DNA of 64,000 nucleotides. Source: Selaginella moellendorffii. Lineage: Eukaryota > Plantae > Lycopodiophyta. Positions 37,236 through 50,978 of the stretch are shown here, piece by piece (the stretch's first letter is position 1; each line of letters starts with the position of its first letter). Under the pieces are notes generated by a model that did no database searches, was not told where the DNA came from, and saw only the letters and a program-made list of their open reading frames with translations. Made by a program: the position numbers and the translations under genes. Where the stretch lies: positions 387,581-451,580 of the forward strand of contig NW_003314300.1 of the NCBI RefSeq assembly GCF_000143415.4. Direction: 5' to 3'.

Positions 37236-39212
37236 TTAAGTGTAATAATTTATTTGGAAATAAATGATAATATAAATTATTATGTAAAATTTTAAATTTT
37301 AAATGGGAAACAAGCAATAAGCTGAAATGAGTTGTAAACAATGCAATTGGATTAGATTAAAAGGTTTTTGCAAGTAATAGTCAATAAAAACTTTTATTTT
37401 GGAAAAAATGATGTTTATATAGAAATTAGATAGGAAATTTTCTAACTCTAATCAAATTGAGAAGTGATTTCTAAGATTTTGATATTTAAAATTTACTTTG
37501 AACAAAAGAAGAATATTTTAATTTTTACTTTCTATGTACTCAGATTTTTGGATAGAGCCAAATATTACTTGGTTTAAGTATTTCTAATTACTATATTGCT
37601 ACTATTTTTTTGGAGCATTTTAAACTTGTAGTGAAAGAACACTTCTAGTATGTAAAAATTACACTTTGTCAAATACCCTCTTGTGCTTTTTTTAGTGTTA
37701 TTTAGATTATTTTTTATTTTTCAATTTAGCTGCTTATTTATTTCTTTTTCCTGATGCCTTGGCTTGCTTTGCTTTCTCTTTTGTCTCTAAACATAAAATA
37801 TACTTGTCATTGGTGAGAGATGCCCCATAAGGTATCAGGACAAATTGTTATCACACATGAATTTGTGATTAATGCATGACAAATATCATCAAATGTAAAA
37901 CTATTAGTGGTGGATCTTCTCTTCCAATGCTTAAGTTCTCAACATCTTCTCCCAAGCTCATGGCAAGAAGAAATATCTCCAAGATGTCATTCTTACTATT
38001 GAGATTTGCATACAAACAAATAAAAAAAGGTGAGAACTCTTTTTTGGTACGTGATTGAAAGTATCTTTCACATTTTCAAGGATCCATTGATGTTAGATGC
38101 ATAGGATATTATCTAGTCTTCTTGAATCCAACTACAAAGTTTTTTGGTAACATGGCCTCATCCATAAGCATTTCAATTAGCACTTTTGTAGGAGTAAAAG
38201 AAGAATTGCAATAGGAGATTCAGATGGGATTGTTTTAAGTAGAAAGCATAAGTGTAATCTGTAGGCTTCACATCAAGTGTTCCGACATTTTCACAAGCTT
38301 ATATAGTAGCTTCAAGAGACACCTTTTGTATCATCTCTTTAACTAAGCTCTAGTAGCTTGTTAGAATCTTGATCTTGATTGTTTGTTTTGTTTATGTTAA
38401 AATCTCAAGTTTTGTATTTAAATTTCTTGGATTGTTCTACTTCATGCTTGTGATTCCCTTCAATGTTGGATTTTTAAGTTTTAAAGTTGTAATTCTTGAA
38501 TGGGTGAGTTTCAAGATTATAATTTTTTAAAATGGCTGGTGTAACCCTTAGGTCACCATTATTATGGAAAGCACTTGCCTTTAATCCAAGATTGCCACGT
38601 CAGTTGCCTATGATTATATTTATACATTGAAGTTTTATTATTATTTCACAAAGAGTGAATTTAAATATTTCTTTAGTGTACAATAGCTGGTGCCCCAAAA
38701 CTTTCCACAGCAGACTTTTCCTTGGACAAGTGAGGTTTGTGGGGCGTTAGTGAAGCAGGTCTGGAGCCTCTAGCGGCACCACAAGATGAACATGCACGAT
38801 GGGTAAAGCTTTTGAAAAACTTTTCCAGGCTACTATTGTTACAATGTTTCACGTTGCACAAAGGCCTATGATGTCTAGGCAACCTTGAAGGCCACCTACA
38901 AACAGCAAGCTCTAGCCAACATGGTGTATACTTAATTTAAGTGACTATGGTGACCATGGACATCGAAAAATTCCCCCAAAGATCACTTGACAAAAAACAA
39001 GATGGATATGTATGTGGAAAAGAAAGAGCGGGGCAAAATTCATTCAAGAATCTAACCTCAAAAAAAGTATATGAAAGCGTGTGAGGATTTCTGTAAAAAT
39101 TGTGAGAACTGGGTGGAGCTATGAGATGGCTTGGCGGGAAATTTTAATAAACCCTTTGAGCATATTGGAATATCCGCTTTTATATACCAGGGGTTAAAAG
39201 GTTAGGACATTC

Positions 39213-40573
39213 ATGGAGAGAGCAGAGGCTGCGAGGAAACGGCGGCGCGTAGCCGGGTATGATACAGGGGAATCCTGGCAGCAGATCAAGGCGCTAAATT
39301 GCAAGGATCTACTCAATCCCAACCAGGTGACCATTGTTCCTTACATGGACACTCGTAATCGAGGCTCTTTCCTTTTCGTGGGGTCACCGGACATGGATGA
39401 ATTGCTGTGGCACTGCCTGTCTCTTAAACCCGGGCAAGAGCTTGTTGTTGTCGGTCCCAAGGGCACCGGCAAAAGCTGCCGGTTAAGGGCAATGGCTGCC
39501 GCGCTGGCTCGGAGAAGAGTGTGATCGTTTGCGTGTGGAACTTGGAGAGTGCCAGCTCGCCGGCTGTGTTGCTGCGATGGCTACTTGATGGGCTACGCTT
39601 TGCATACTCGGGCGCGGACGAGCACAAGCCGGTTCTCGAGGCTCTCGAGGCTCTTTGGAGAGTGGGCGTGAGCGTAGCGAGGCTTCAAGAGTTTCTCAGG
39701 GAGAGGGCAGCCGCTGGTGACGATTTTACATTCGTTGCTGACGGTGCCGAGGCCCTGGATACTCGCGATTACAGTGGCACTAAAAAAGTGGACTCGAAAG
39801 AGCTGAAAGATACCTTGTTGACGCTCGAAGCCATCGTTTCTCCTTACAAAATCGTGTGGGGCGTGTCCCCGGAAGCGAGCCAGGCAGAGGCTGCCGACTC
39901 GGAGCGAGTAGCGATCTATTGTGTCGGAGGTTTTACCAAGGTTTGATCGTTTCTATACTTCTCGTGCTCGCCAACTAAATCCCGGCTGCAGGAACAAAGA
40001 GAAGTCTTTCTTCTTCACTCCGTGCTGGGAGCCGTCGTAGCTGGTGATATGCAGCGGACCAAGGACATGGATTTCTTCGCTGGTTTCCATCCCCAGTTTC
40101 TGGACGAGCTGGATGGGGCTTGCATGGAGATAGCTCGGATCAAGCAGGCAGGCGGACGCAAATCAAGACTTTTGTGGGGCGACACCGTGAGACTTGCTCC
40201 ACCAGTTGAGTTGGAGCCAAATGAAGTCTCTTTGCTTTTGAAAGATGAGGAAGATTGGCAGAGGGTGCTCCTGGAGTTTATCAATGGACGAACAATGTCT
40301 TTCGTCCGCAGGTCAGTCCAGCAAGTCGTGCGAATGTTGGACAATGCAGAAGCTATATGCAACTTCCATGGGAGAACGCAAACGATCGATAAGGATCCAA
40401 GGTACTCTGTATCAGAGCACGAGTTCTGCTCGTGTTTCGTGGAGCAGATCTACATGGAGGAGTTTCGAAAGGCCCGAAGCTGTCGTCAGCAGGAGCATGC
40501 AGCATGGTGGAATATGTTAACAGGTACGTATGACTGGCAAGCAAGACTAAAAGGCGAGAACTCCAGTGCATGA
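39213..40573 (+). pseudogene. P-loop NTPase (Crinkler-associated NTPase-like), one frameshift
   Basis: Walker A GPKGTGKS, Walker B FTFVADG, GGFTK|EQ across intron 39941-39991, and FAGFHP. A frameshift at GAGTGTGATC (~39520) separates the two Walker motifs. Confidence 0.65.
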
Positions 40574-40687
40574 TGGAGGAACGCATTCGCTAGCAGAGCT
40601 TGCTGCCAACTTTCGTATTTTAGTATAAATAAATCTTAAATGAAGCTTTCCAAAAAGCTGAAGCATGGTTTCAAAAACCACTCAAAT

Positions 40688-41040
40688 TGTGCTTTAGAGG
40701 AGTGCAATATACATCGAAACCAAATTTGAAGTAATTTAATTAGTAAAAATTTATTAAAATTTATGTGGTAACAACTTAAGAAAGATTTAGTGATGATTTG
40801 AAATCAATTGGTGGAAATTTTAAAAGAATGGATGGAATTTTAAAAGTTAAGTTTATGTTTATAAAGAATAAGTCATTATGAATCTTTATAAACATCTTAA
40901 AACTCAATAAAATTCTTTTAAGTTTATGGAGAAAATACACTAATCATTATGTTTTTATATATCTTAGCATAGCAATAACATACTTTCAAAATATTATATG
41001 TTAAGTTGAAAAGAAATTTTTTATTAATGCATTATAAATT
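40688..41040 (+). repeat. AT-rich dispersed repeat, copy 2
   Basis: Shares the blocks listed for 36730-37235. Confidence 0.75.
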
Positions 41041-41204
41041 TCAAGAACATTTATGATAAAAATATATCGTTTTTAAATTCTACTTAACATTTTTAATATC
41101 ATTTATTAAAATTAAAAATGTGAAGTCTAAATCGTAGCCGTACATTTCTGTATTTCATTTCCATATTCCAATAGAAACCCTAAAACTTGGAGTGTGAGAA
41201 TGCG

Positions 41205-44200
41205 ATGAGGGCGATCGTTGTGGCGGGGACATGCAGCGGGGCGGGCAAGAGCAGCATCGCGCTCGGCCTCATGGCGGCCTACACGCGCCGCGGCCTTCGC
41301 GTCCATCCATTCAAGATTGGCCCCGGTGAGTGATAAATGCTCTTGAGCTCTAAGATTCCTACCTCCTCCGCGCTCTAGATTTCTCGGATCCAATGCATCA
41401 CAAGGCCGCGACGGGGCATGATTCTTACAATCTGGATAGCTGGATGATGAGCAGGCGAGTGAAAATCTCAAGAACTCTGCGCGAATTTTGATATTCTTGT
41501 TTGGCCTTTGTATTCTCCAGAGAGGCGAACCAAGCGTGCTTCATTCGATGCGCTCCAGCTACTGACGTTGCAATCGTGGAAGGAGTCTTTGGAATGTTTG
41601 ATGGCCGCGATGGGAAATCCGAGGCCGGAAGCACTGCCGAAATGGCCAAGATTTTGGGAGCTCCGGTCCTTCTCGTGCTTGATACCAGAGGATTCGCTCG
41701 AAGTGCCGCAGCTTTGATTCGAGGATACACCGCTTTCGATCCAGAAGTCACCTTTGCTGGAATTATCTTCAACAAGGTTTGCTACTAAGTTTTCTCGTTC
41801 CTAGTTTATCTTTTTTCTTGTTTTCTTCTTCTATGTAGCTGGAGAGCTCCGCTCACAAGGCTTGGCTTATGGAAGCTGTGTCTGCCATCGATTCGAGCGT
41901 TAAAGTTCTCGGTGGCATTCCTATCGTAGACGGCTTGCATTTGGCTGAGAATCAGTTCTACCCGAGCCTGAGTGGTGAAGAAGCAGTACCGGCGAGCTAC
42001 ATTCAAGTTTTTGCCGATTTGATTGAGCATCACGTCGACTTGGATGGTCTGTTAGAGGCTGCCGGTGTGTGGAAGCCAAAGGGTGGCACGAACTTTTACT
42101 TGGAAAACTTCCGTTCAGCGCCACCTTATGCCAAAGTCCGCATCGGAGTCGCGAGGGATGCTGCCTTTTGCCTCTATTACCAGGAGAATCTCTCGTTGCT
42201 TCAAGGTAATTACTTCGTGTTTTCGTGTTTGTCTCTCTTAAGTTGCGGATTTCTTGTCCTTCTGACAGACGCCGGAGCAGAAATAGTTTTCTTTTCACCT
42301 TTGAAGGACTCCCTCCCGACGAGACTGGATGCTATTATCTTTGGAGGCGGCTATTTGGAGCATCACTTGGAGAAGCTATCTCTGAACAAGAAACTCCTCT
42401 ACGCGGTGCGAGCATTCGCTGATGCCGGAGGAATTATCTATGGAGAAGCTGGAGGCGCTATGTACTTGTCACAAGGCATCGAGGTATGGTGTCCAAATTT
42501 TAGTTCTTGCGTGGTGCTGAATGACGTTGTCCCTTGCAGACAGACAAGCACCAGCCGTTCACTATGTGCGGCGTTTTTCCTTTTTGGACACGAATGAAAT
42601 TAAGAGCGACAACAAAAGAATATGTCAAGGTTTGTTTGGTTTTCATTATTTGCTTCTTCGTTCGACATTATCAAGAATAAACAGGCAACAACACAAGAAA
42701 GTTGCGTATTGTTTCCTCCTCATATTGGCGAAATTCGCGGATACATGTTAAACTGTAGCGAGGTCTTTTGGCTGCAGGCAGATGGTATAAACATCTGTCC
42801 GAGAGGGTACGCCAGTTTATTTATTTGTTTATTGTCATTTTGATTTTGTGAATTGCGACAGGTTCGTGTTGAAGTATGAAACCTCAGAAAAGATGGAAGA
42901 AGTAGAAGGCTACATGCAAGGAAATGCAATGGCTACGTTTGCGCGGCTTCATTTCGGCAGCAACCCGGCTATAGTTCACACTCTCATAGACCGCTGCAGG
43001 TTTGCTCATTCGCCTTCGCTCCTAACTTCTGACTTATGGCTGAAAAATCTTCCAGAATGGATTCGTCCAAAGCTGCTGCCGTTGCCGCTGCTTCTGCTTC
43101 TGCAGTAGCGCATGCCGGCCCAGCAGCAGCAGCGGCCGCTGGCTCCGCTGCAGCAAGAGCTGTGACAGCGGCCCTCGGAGAATCGAGGGAGATGTCCCCT
43201 TCCCGTATGGAACGCACAAAGTTTCACGGCAAGCTATCTAGTGGTGACTGGAGTGAGCGCGGAAGAGATCCGTTTAGGAGACATACAAGGTCTCTCAGTA
43301 CAAGTCCTGTTTACACACGCCTTACTATCGACGAGGAGTGTCCCGACATCGAAGTTGACATCAAAGAGACGACTGAGGATGGCTCTTCTGCCAGGATTGC
43401 AAGGTCTAAATCCGAGGTTTGGGATGCTCGCGGACAGGATGCTTTGTCCCCACAAGATCTTACAGAGGTTGTCACGTCGATGGATGATCAGTTCATAAGT
43501 GAGGAGGGTCGAGCAGCTGGGCGACAGTGTTTAGTGACGACGACAAGAAGAATGGACCCGAATCAAGGCATTTATGTGCCTTTCACCGTGAAAGTGATAC
43601 CACACAAGATCGTGTCGCTCTTTCCAGTGGCTACAGAGATCCTTCTTAAGCTTGGTAAAGTTTCCTTGTTTTTCTAGTAAAGTTGTAATAGTGACACACG
43701 CTTTTAGTTTCTGGCAGGGGCTGGACACCGTTTGCTTGGGGTGACCGATGCGTGTGATAAGCCGGCTGGAGTCAGAATGGGACGACATATTGTAAGTGTC
43801 GTGTTTTGCGCTTGAAAGGTTATTTTACTATGTTCATGAAAACGTATATTGCAGGTGTGTCGCAACCAGCAGCGATCCAGCATTGGGAAGGAGAATGAGT
43901 TGTCGTACAAACTCGATCTCCCATGGCTTTCGAAGACCAAGCCTCATTTGATTATCACTCAGGTTAGAAAAGTTCTTTTGAGAATGTCATAACGTGAGGC
44001 TTTTGTTCATGCAGAAAGTGTGCTCTCTGTGCTACATGGATAGCAAAGACGTGACTGAAGAGATTACCAGAGCAGGCCTCCAAGATACGAGGCTGTTCGT
44101 TGTAAATCCACACACGGTACGAGGAAATCTAGCTCTCCATAAATCGGTGCTGATTTTCACTCCTTAGTTATCTGATATCTGGGCATTCATCATGGATCTT

Positions 44201-44813
44201 GCGGACATGCTGGGTTTGTACAAGGAAGCCTGCCAACTTATAAACTCCCTCCGACTCCGCTTGAGAAGAATCGCTGCTAGTGTCGCTGTCCATCACCAGC
44301 CGAGACTGCTTCTCCTTCAAGGCCTCGATCCGCTTACTCTCGGGGGCCGATGGATTGCGGAGATGGAAATCCTGTCCGGTGCCTACGACGGCTTGCAAAA
44401 ACCAGGCTGTGCGTCTGAGAGGCTACACTGGCAACGTATCACATCCTACGCTCCCGAGTTTATTATTCTGGCTCCTTGTTCCACATCCGTCGAGCAGACA
44501 TTGTCCGAGGTACTTGTTTACGATTCCCCATATCTTTGTCTGCTGATTTTCGTGCTTCCAGGTGCACAAGCTTGCCAGACAGCCGGGGTTTTGGTCCGTG
44601 CCGGCGGTGGAGTGTCGACAAGTCTACATTTGCGACGGATCATACTTCAGCCAACCCGGTTTGAGGGTGGTGGAGGGAATGGAGCTTCTGGCTCACATCC
44701 TCCACCCATCTACAGTCTCGGCTCCATCTGCCAGTGGAGTGCTGAAGCTTTCGCTCAAGCCGGGGCAAAAATGCCGTCCAGAGGAGCTCTACAGGCACTT
44801 TCTAGTCGAGTGA
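41205..44813 (+). CDS. Fusion: cobyrinate a,c-diamide synthase (CbiA/CobB)-like + linker + BtuF/TroA-type cobalamin/Fe-chelate binding domain, 14 exons, ~953 aa
   Basis: Exons 41205-41325, 41379-41454, 41521-41776, 41839-42205, 42269-42483, 42540-42629, 42685-42806, 42862-42999, 43056-43654, 43718-43791, 43855-43962, 44015-44116, 44168-44509 and 44562-44813 sum to 2862 nt, open throughout. CbiA motifs: AGTCSGAGKS, FKIGPDFSDP, NLDSWM, VEGVFGMFDG, STAEMAK.LGAPV.LV.D, ARSAAA..GY..FD, IGVARDAAFC.YYQEN, FSPL.D, GGGY.E, EGY..GN..A..LHF. Binding-domain motifs: KIVSLFPVATEIL..LG, P.LIITQ.VC.LC, P..IILAPC, PAV...VY..DG.YFSQPG.R.VEG.E.LA.ILHP. Confidence 0.88.
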
Positions 44814-46007
44814 AATGGTGGTGTATCAGGTACTTTGCTTGTTTCTTTCCTTTACTTTCCTTCTCTTTCCCGGCTGCTCGAAGCCACTGAGTGCTCACGG
44901 ACTTTGCGGCGTGGTTTCTCGCAGGATCGTGATCAGACATTCGCTCCCAGGGGCCCAACCAAAGATTAGTGGGTTATGATCAAGAAAAAGACCCAACCAA
45001 TGTGCGCATCATGACTGCTGCGTGCTAAAAAGAAAGAGAAGAAGAACGAACACTCCCTTGGTTGGAGATTTGGAGAATTCAATGCATCTTAAAGGTAAGC
45101 AGCAGTCGCTGTTCAAGCTAGAGTTCGATTGACTATTGAATTCTCTTTTTTGCTTAAATTTTTCTAGAAGCCCATGATGGTATCAATCGACCTCAAACCG
45201 ACCCATTACAGAAAGTGGAGGAGATAGCAAAGCATGACGCAAAACGCGGGTGCCATGCGAGCCGTCCGATCTAGGGCTTGGAACTTTGACAAAAGGTGGC
45301 AAATAAGGATCTTTCTTTAGTCCACTGGCGTGATATTTCCAAACTTCCATGTGACTTGCCCATGTTCGCGTGCCGAGATTGTCAAAAAATGGGCTCGAAA
45401 GTTTCCAAGAACCGAAAGGGAACAAAACAAACGAGCGAGCAACAAATTTAACGAACGAATCAAGCAGGAGTGTGGACGGACGTCGTGAGAGCAAGAGCAG
45501 GGAAAAAAAAAAGAAAAAAAGAAAGCACTTTGAAACAATGGAAAGAAAAAATAGACAACCATGTTGTCAAACATTTGTATTCCAAGGTTGCATTTTTTGG
45601 GGGGCCCCGCCTGGCAAATTTAGCGATCACGTAGGATGACGTTGGCCGGGGTGGCGGGGTGGGATATAATATAATCTCTCCAACTTTTAGGGTTCTTGCG
45701 TGGCTCACATTTTCAAGAACCTTTTCTCGCTTGGCTTTTTTTCCGCTGTTTGTTGGAGGGTGGTGCCACTGCTGTGATCGATCCTCCGCCTTTTTTCTTT
45801 CTCACAGTAGTGATGTTGAGAGTTTTCCAAAAAGTCAAACTGGTGGGGAGGATGCTAGACTGCGACGAATCCATAGAGATGAAGATCGAAGAATGCAGGG
45901 ACAAGAGATTGGCGGTGGTGGGATTAGCTTAGCCGATCCATCGATCGATTACCAAACGAGGAAAGATTCATAGAGAGGATTTGAATTGGAGGCAAGAAAA
46001 GAAAGAC

Positions 46008-47867
46008 ATGAGTCGATCGAATAGGAGGGTCTACCCACCGGGAAAGCTTCCACTCCAACACCCTCTGTTCGTGGAAGAGGACCCCCCAAACGACGAGAAA
46101 TCAAGGTGGGCGACTGCGCCTCCCAACAGCGGCGGATTTGAGAGCCCTGTGATCGCCGTCCCTTTCAAATGGGAGCTCGAGCCAGGTGTTCCCAAACAAA
46201 AGCTCGATCGCCAAGAACACCAGCAGCGCTGGAGGAGAGACGAGGAGGAGCTGTTGGCGAAGAAGAGCCCACCACCACCAACTGCTGACCGGGCGACGGT
46301 GGTCGAAAAGGATCTCCAACAGAGTGATCATCCTGGGAAAGCCTCCCCGTCGCCATCGCCATCGCCATCTTCCTCCTCCTCCTCCTCCTCCTCCTCTCTT
46401 GCTCCACCCCCGCGATTGATGGTGATAAGCAGCAGCACTGGTAGAAAAGCTGGGCCGGCGCTCAGCTCTCCTCGCTCTCCCAGATCCATTTCCCTGTCCC
46501 GCAAGATGAAAAGCTTGCTCCAGGGGAAGCTGGCATCGCCCAGGAAGATCTTCTCGGAGCAGCAGCAGCAGCAGCGCTCGAGCCTGTGGGAGTGTGAATC
46601 CGGAAAGGTAGTCCAAGAGTTGGATCGTCGCGTCGAGGAAGAACTGGTGGACCGCCGGTGCTGCGTTTCGAGGTGTTGCTCCAGCAACGATATAGTCTTC
46701 GAGGGAGAGCTTCTCGATCTTCATCATCAGCCGAAGCATCCACCACCACCAGCGCCGGCGGGATCGATGCCTTTCAAGAACATGTCCAGCATGCTCCTCG
46801 AGCTCTGGTATGGCGGTGGAGGATCCAGCTCCGAGTTCCCGAGAAGTCCTATCCCTGGCTTTTTCCGTGACGAGTTTCCACTCCAGAGCTCCGGTGGCTC
46901 TAGCACTGCGAGTAGTAGCGAGTTTCCAATCCAGAGCTCTGGTTCTAGCACTGCGAGTAGTAGCAAGAGCATTGCCTCGCCCGTGACAAGCTCGTCCTCT
47001 TCTCCCAGCGACCTGGAGAGCCCCGGTAGCAGCACGGACAACTCGCTCGGCAGCTTCTCCAGCAGTGACTCCTCCTCCCACCACGACCACCACCATCAAA
47101 TCTTGCACGTCCCCCGCCACGACCACGAGTTCCAGACGAGCTTTGATTCCTGCGACGAAGTCAAGCTCTTCGGTTACGCCTCGGACGACGACGAGTACGG
47201 CGGTGGCTTCGACTTCGCTGCCGCCGCCAGCCGCGAGTTCTTCGCCAAAAACTTCTACTACCACTCGGACAGGTTCCGCGTCGAGTCGTGCGACTCTCCC
47301 TCGCTGCTCGGCGTCAAGCAGCTCGCTCGCTCGGCAGTGCCAGTGCCACCGCTCCCCAGCGCTCTCAAGTCGGGGAAGAACTCCAAGAAGTGCTTGAAGA
47401 AGGTGAGGTTCGCCTGTGTCGAGGAAGAAGTCGAGCCGGAGAAGGCCGAAGATGGTCCGGAAGTTGACGAGGAAGAGGATGATGAACTCGTGGTTGCTTC
47501 GCCATCGCCGACGAGTCCTGCTCTGTCCCGTTTCTCGTCGAGGCCAGCGTCGCGGTTCTGTAGCATCGAGGAGGACGACGATGGCGGCTTCTACCGGGAC
47601 TCAGACGAGCTCTCCTCCGAGCCGTGCAGTCCTTCACCTCGTTGTGCCAGACGAGATCCATCTCAACTCTTGCTGCGGATCATCCAAGCCGATGCCGAGT
47701 CCAGCCGGAAGAACAAAGGCGCTCTTAAGGTACGATCTTCTCCATACTCAACGAATTTTCTTTTGTTTCTTTCGTCTGGTTTCTTCGGTTCGTTCTCTAA
47801 GTTGAAAGCTGACGGCTCGTTTTTTGTTTGTGCGCAGTCTATGTTTGGTTCACGTTCGCGCTGGTAA
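46008..47867 (+). CDS. Ser/Pro-rich intrinsically disordered plant protein with VPFKWELEPGVPK (DUF688-type) motif
   Basis: Long open frame, low complexity, the conserved VPFxWExxPGxPK motif and KKVRF. Probable last intron 47730-47837. Confidence 0.7.
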   Translation: MSRSNRRVYPPGKLPLQHPLFVEEDPPNDEKSRWATAPPNSGGFESPVIAVPFKWELEPGVPKQKLDRQEHQQRWRRDEEELLAKKSPPPPTADRATVVEKDLQQSDHPGKASPSPSPSPSSSSSSSSSSLAPPPRLMVISSSTGRKAGPALSSPRSPRSISLSRKMKSLLQGKLASPRKIFSEQQQQQRSSLWECESGKVVQELDRRVEEELVDRRCCVSRCCSSNDIVFEGELLDLHHQPKHPPPPAPAGSMPFKNMSSMLLELWYGGGGSSSEFPRSPIPGFFRDEFPLQSSGGSSTASSSEFPIQSSGSSTASSSKSIASPVTSSSSSPSDLESPGSSTDNSLGSFSSSDSSSHHDHHHQILHVPRHDHEFQTSFDSCDEVKLFGYASDDDEYGGGFDFAAAASREFFAKNFYYHSDRFRVESCDSPSLLGVKQLARSAVPVPPLPSALKSGKNSKKCLKKVRFACVEEEVEPEKAEDGPEVDEEEDDELVVASPSPTSPALSRFSSRPASRFCSIEEDDDGGFYRDSDELSSEPCSPSPRCARRDPSQLLLRIIQADAESSRKNKGALKVRSSPYSTNFLLFLSSGFFGSFSKLKADGSFFVCAQSMFGSRSRW

Positions 47868-48079
47868 CCGAGAGTTCGTTTGAAAAGCGAGAGAGCTTGA
47901 GCGTCTCCAATTTTGTTTGATACCAAGAGGTCCGAGAGAAATAACTTTAAAGATATATGGCTTCCAAGTGGGAAGGAAAGAAATCCCACATCTCTGTACA
48001 TGTCTCCCACACCAAAGAATATTATATACGCGTTTAAAAGTGCACGACTTACTTGGACAATGGTGGTGTTGTGCGTGCT

Positions 48080-50414
<2,335 letters not shown>

Positions 50415-50978
50415 TCACGAGTGGCTAGGAAGACGCCATAGCATTGCGTGCTATCTAAGAACCCTAAAAACAGAGATGAAAATATCAACCTTTTGCCCTT
50501 GGAAGAAATGAATATACCTAGAATATGCTAATACTAGCTTAGTTTCATGTTTTATTCTAGTCAATGTTTTATATTTCCCAATGATTATAACTTAACAACT
50601 TATCAACTTATCAATTCAATTTTATGGGCACTACAAGACGTGAAACCAAGACATACATACTGCAGAATTTCTAGAGAAATAACAAGAATATACTAAATCA
50701 ATCTAGAATAATGTGAGGGGTTCATATACTAACCGCCCCAAAATGTTAAAAAGATGTTTAAACTTAATTTACCCAAATCATAAACTCAATCTAGAACGAT
50801 GTGAGCCGTTAGATGAGAGCATATACTAGAACATACTCCCACCACCTTTTTCAGTACAGATGTTGGTTATTTTGACGTTTTCGCGTTTCTAGCATGTTGT
50901 GTGTCTTGTAGCATTCACCTTTAACATCGGGATAAGAGCTCCGCGCACCACAAGATTTTCATTGTGCCTGCACAAGCA

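Noticed and set aside
41205-44813. Bacterial contamination as the source of cbiA/btuF
   Set aside because: 13 short spliceosomal introns in the same style as neighbouring plant genes, with continuous plant flanks.
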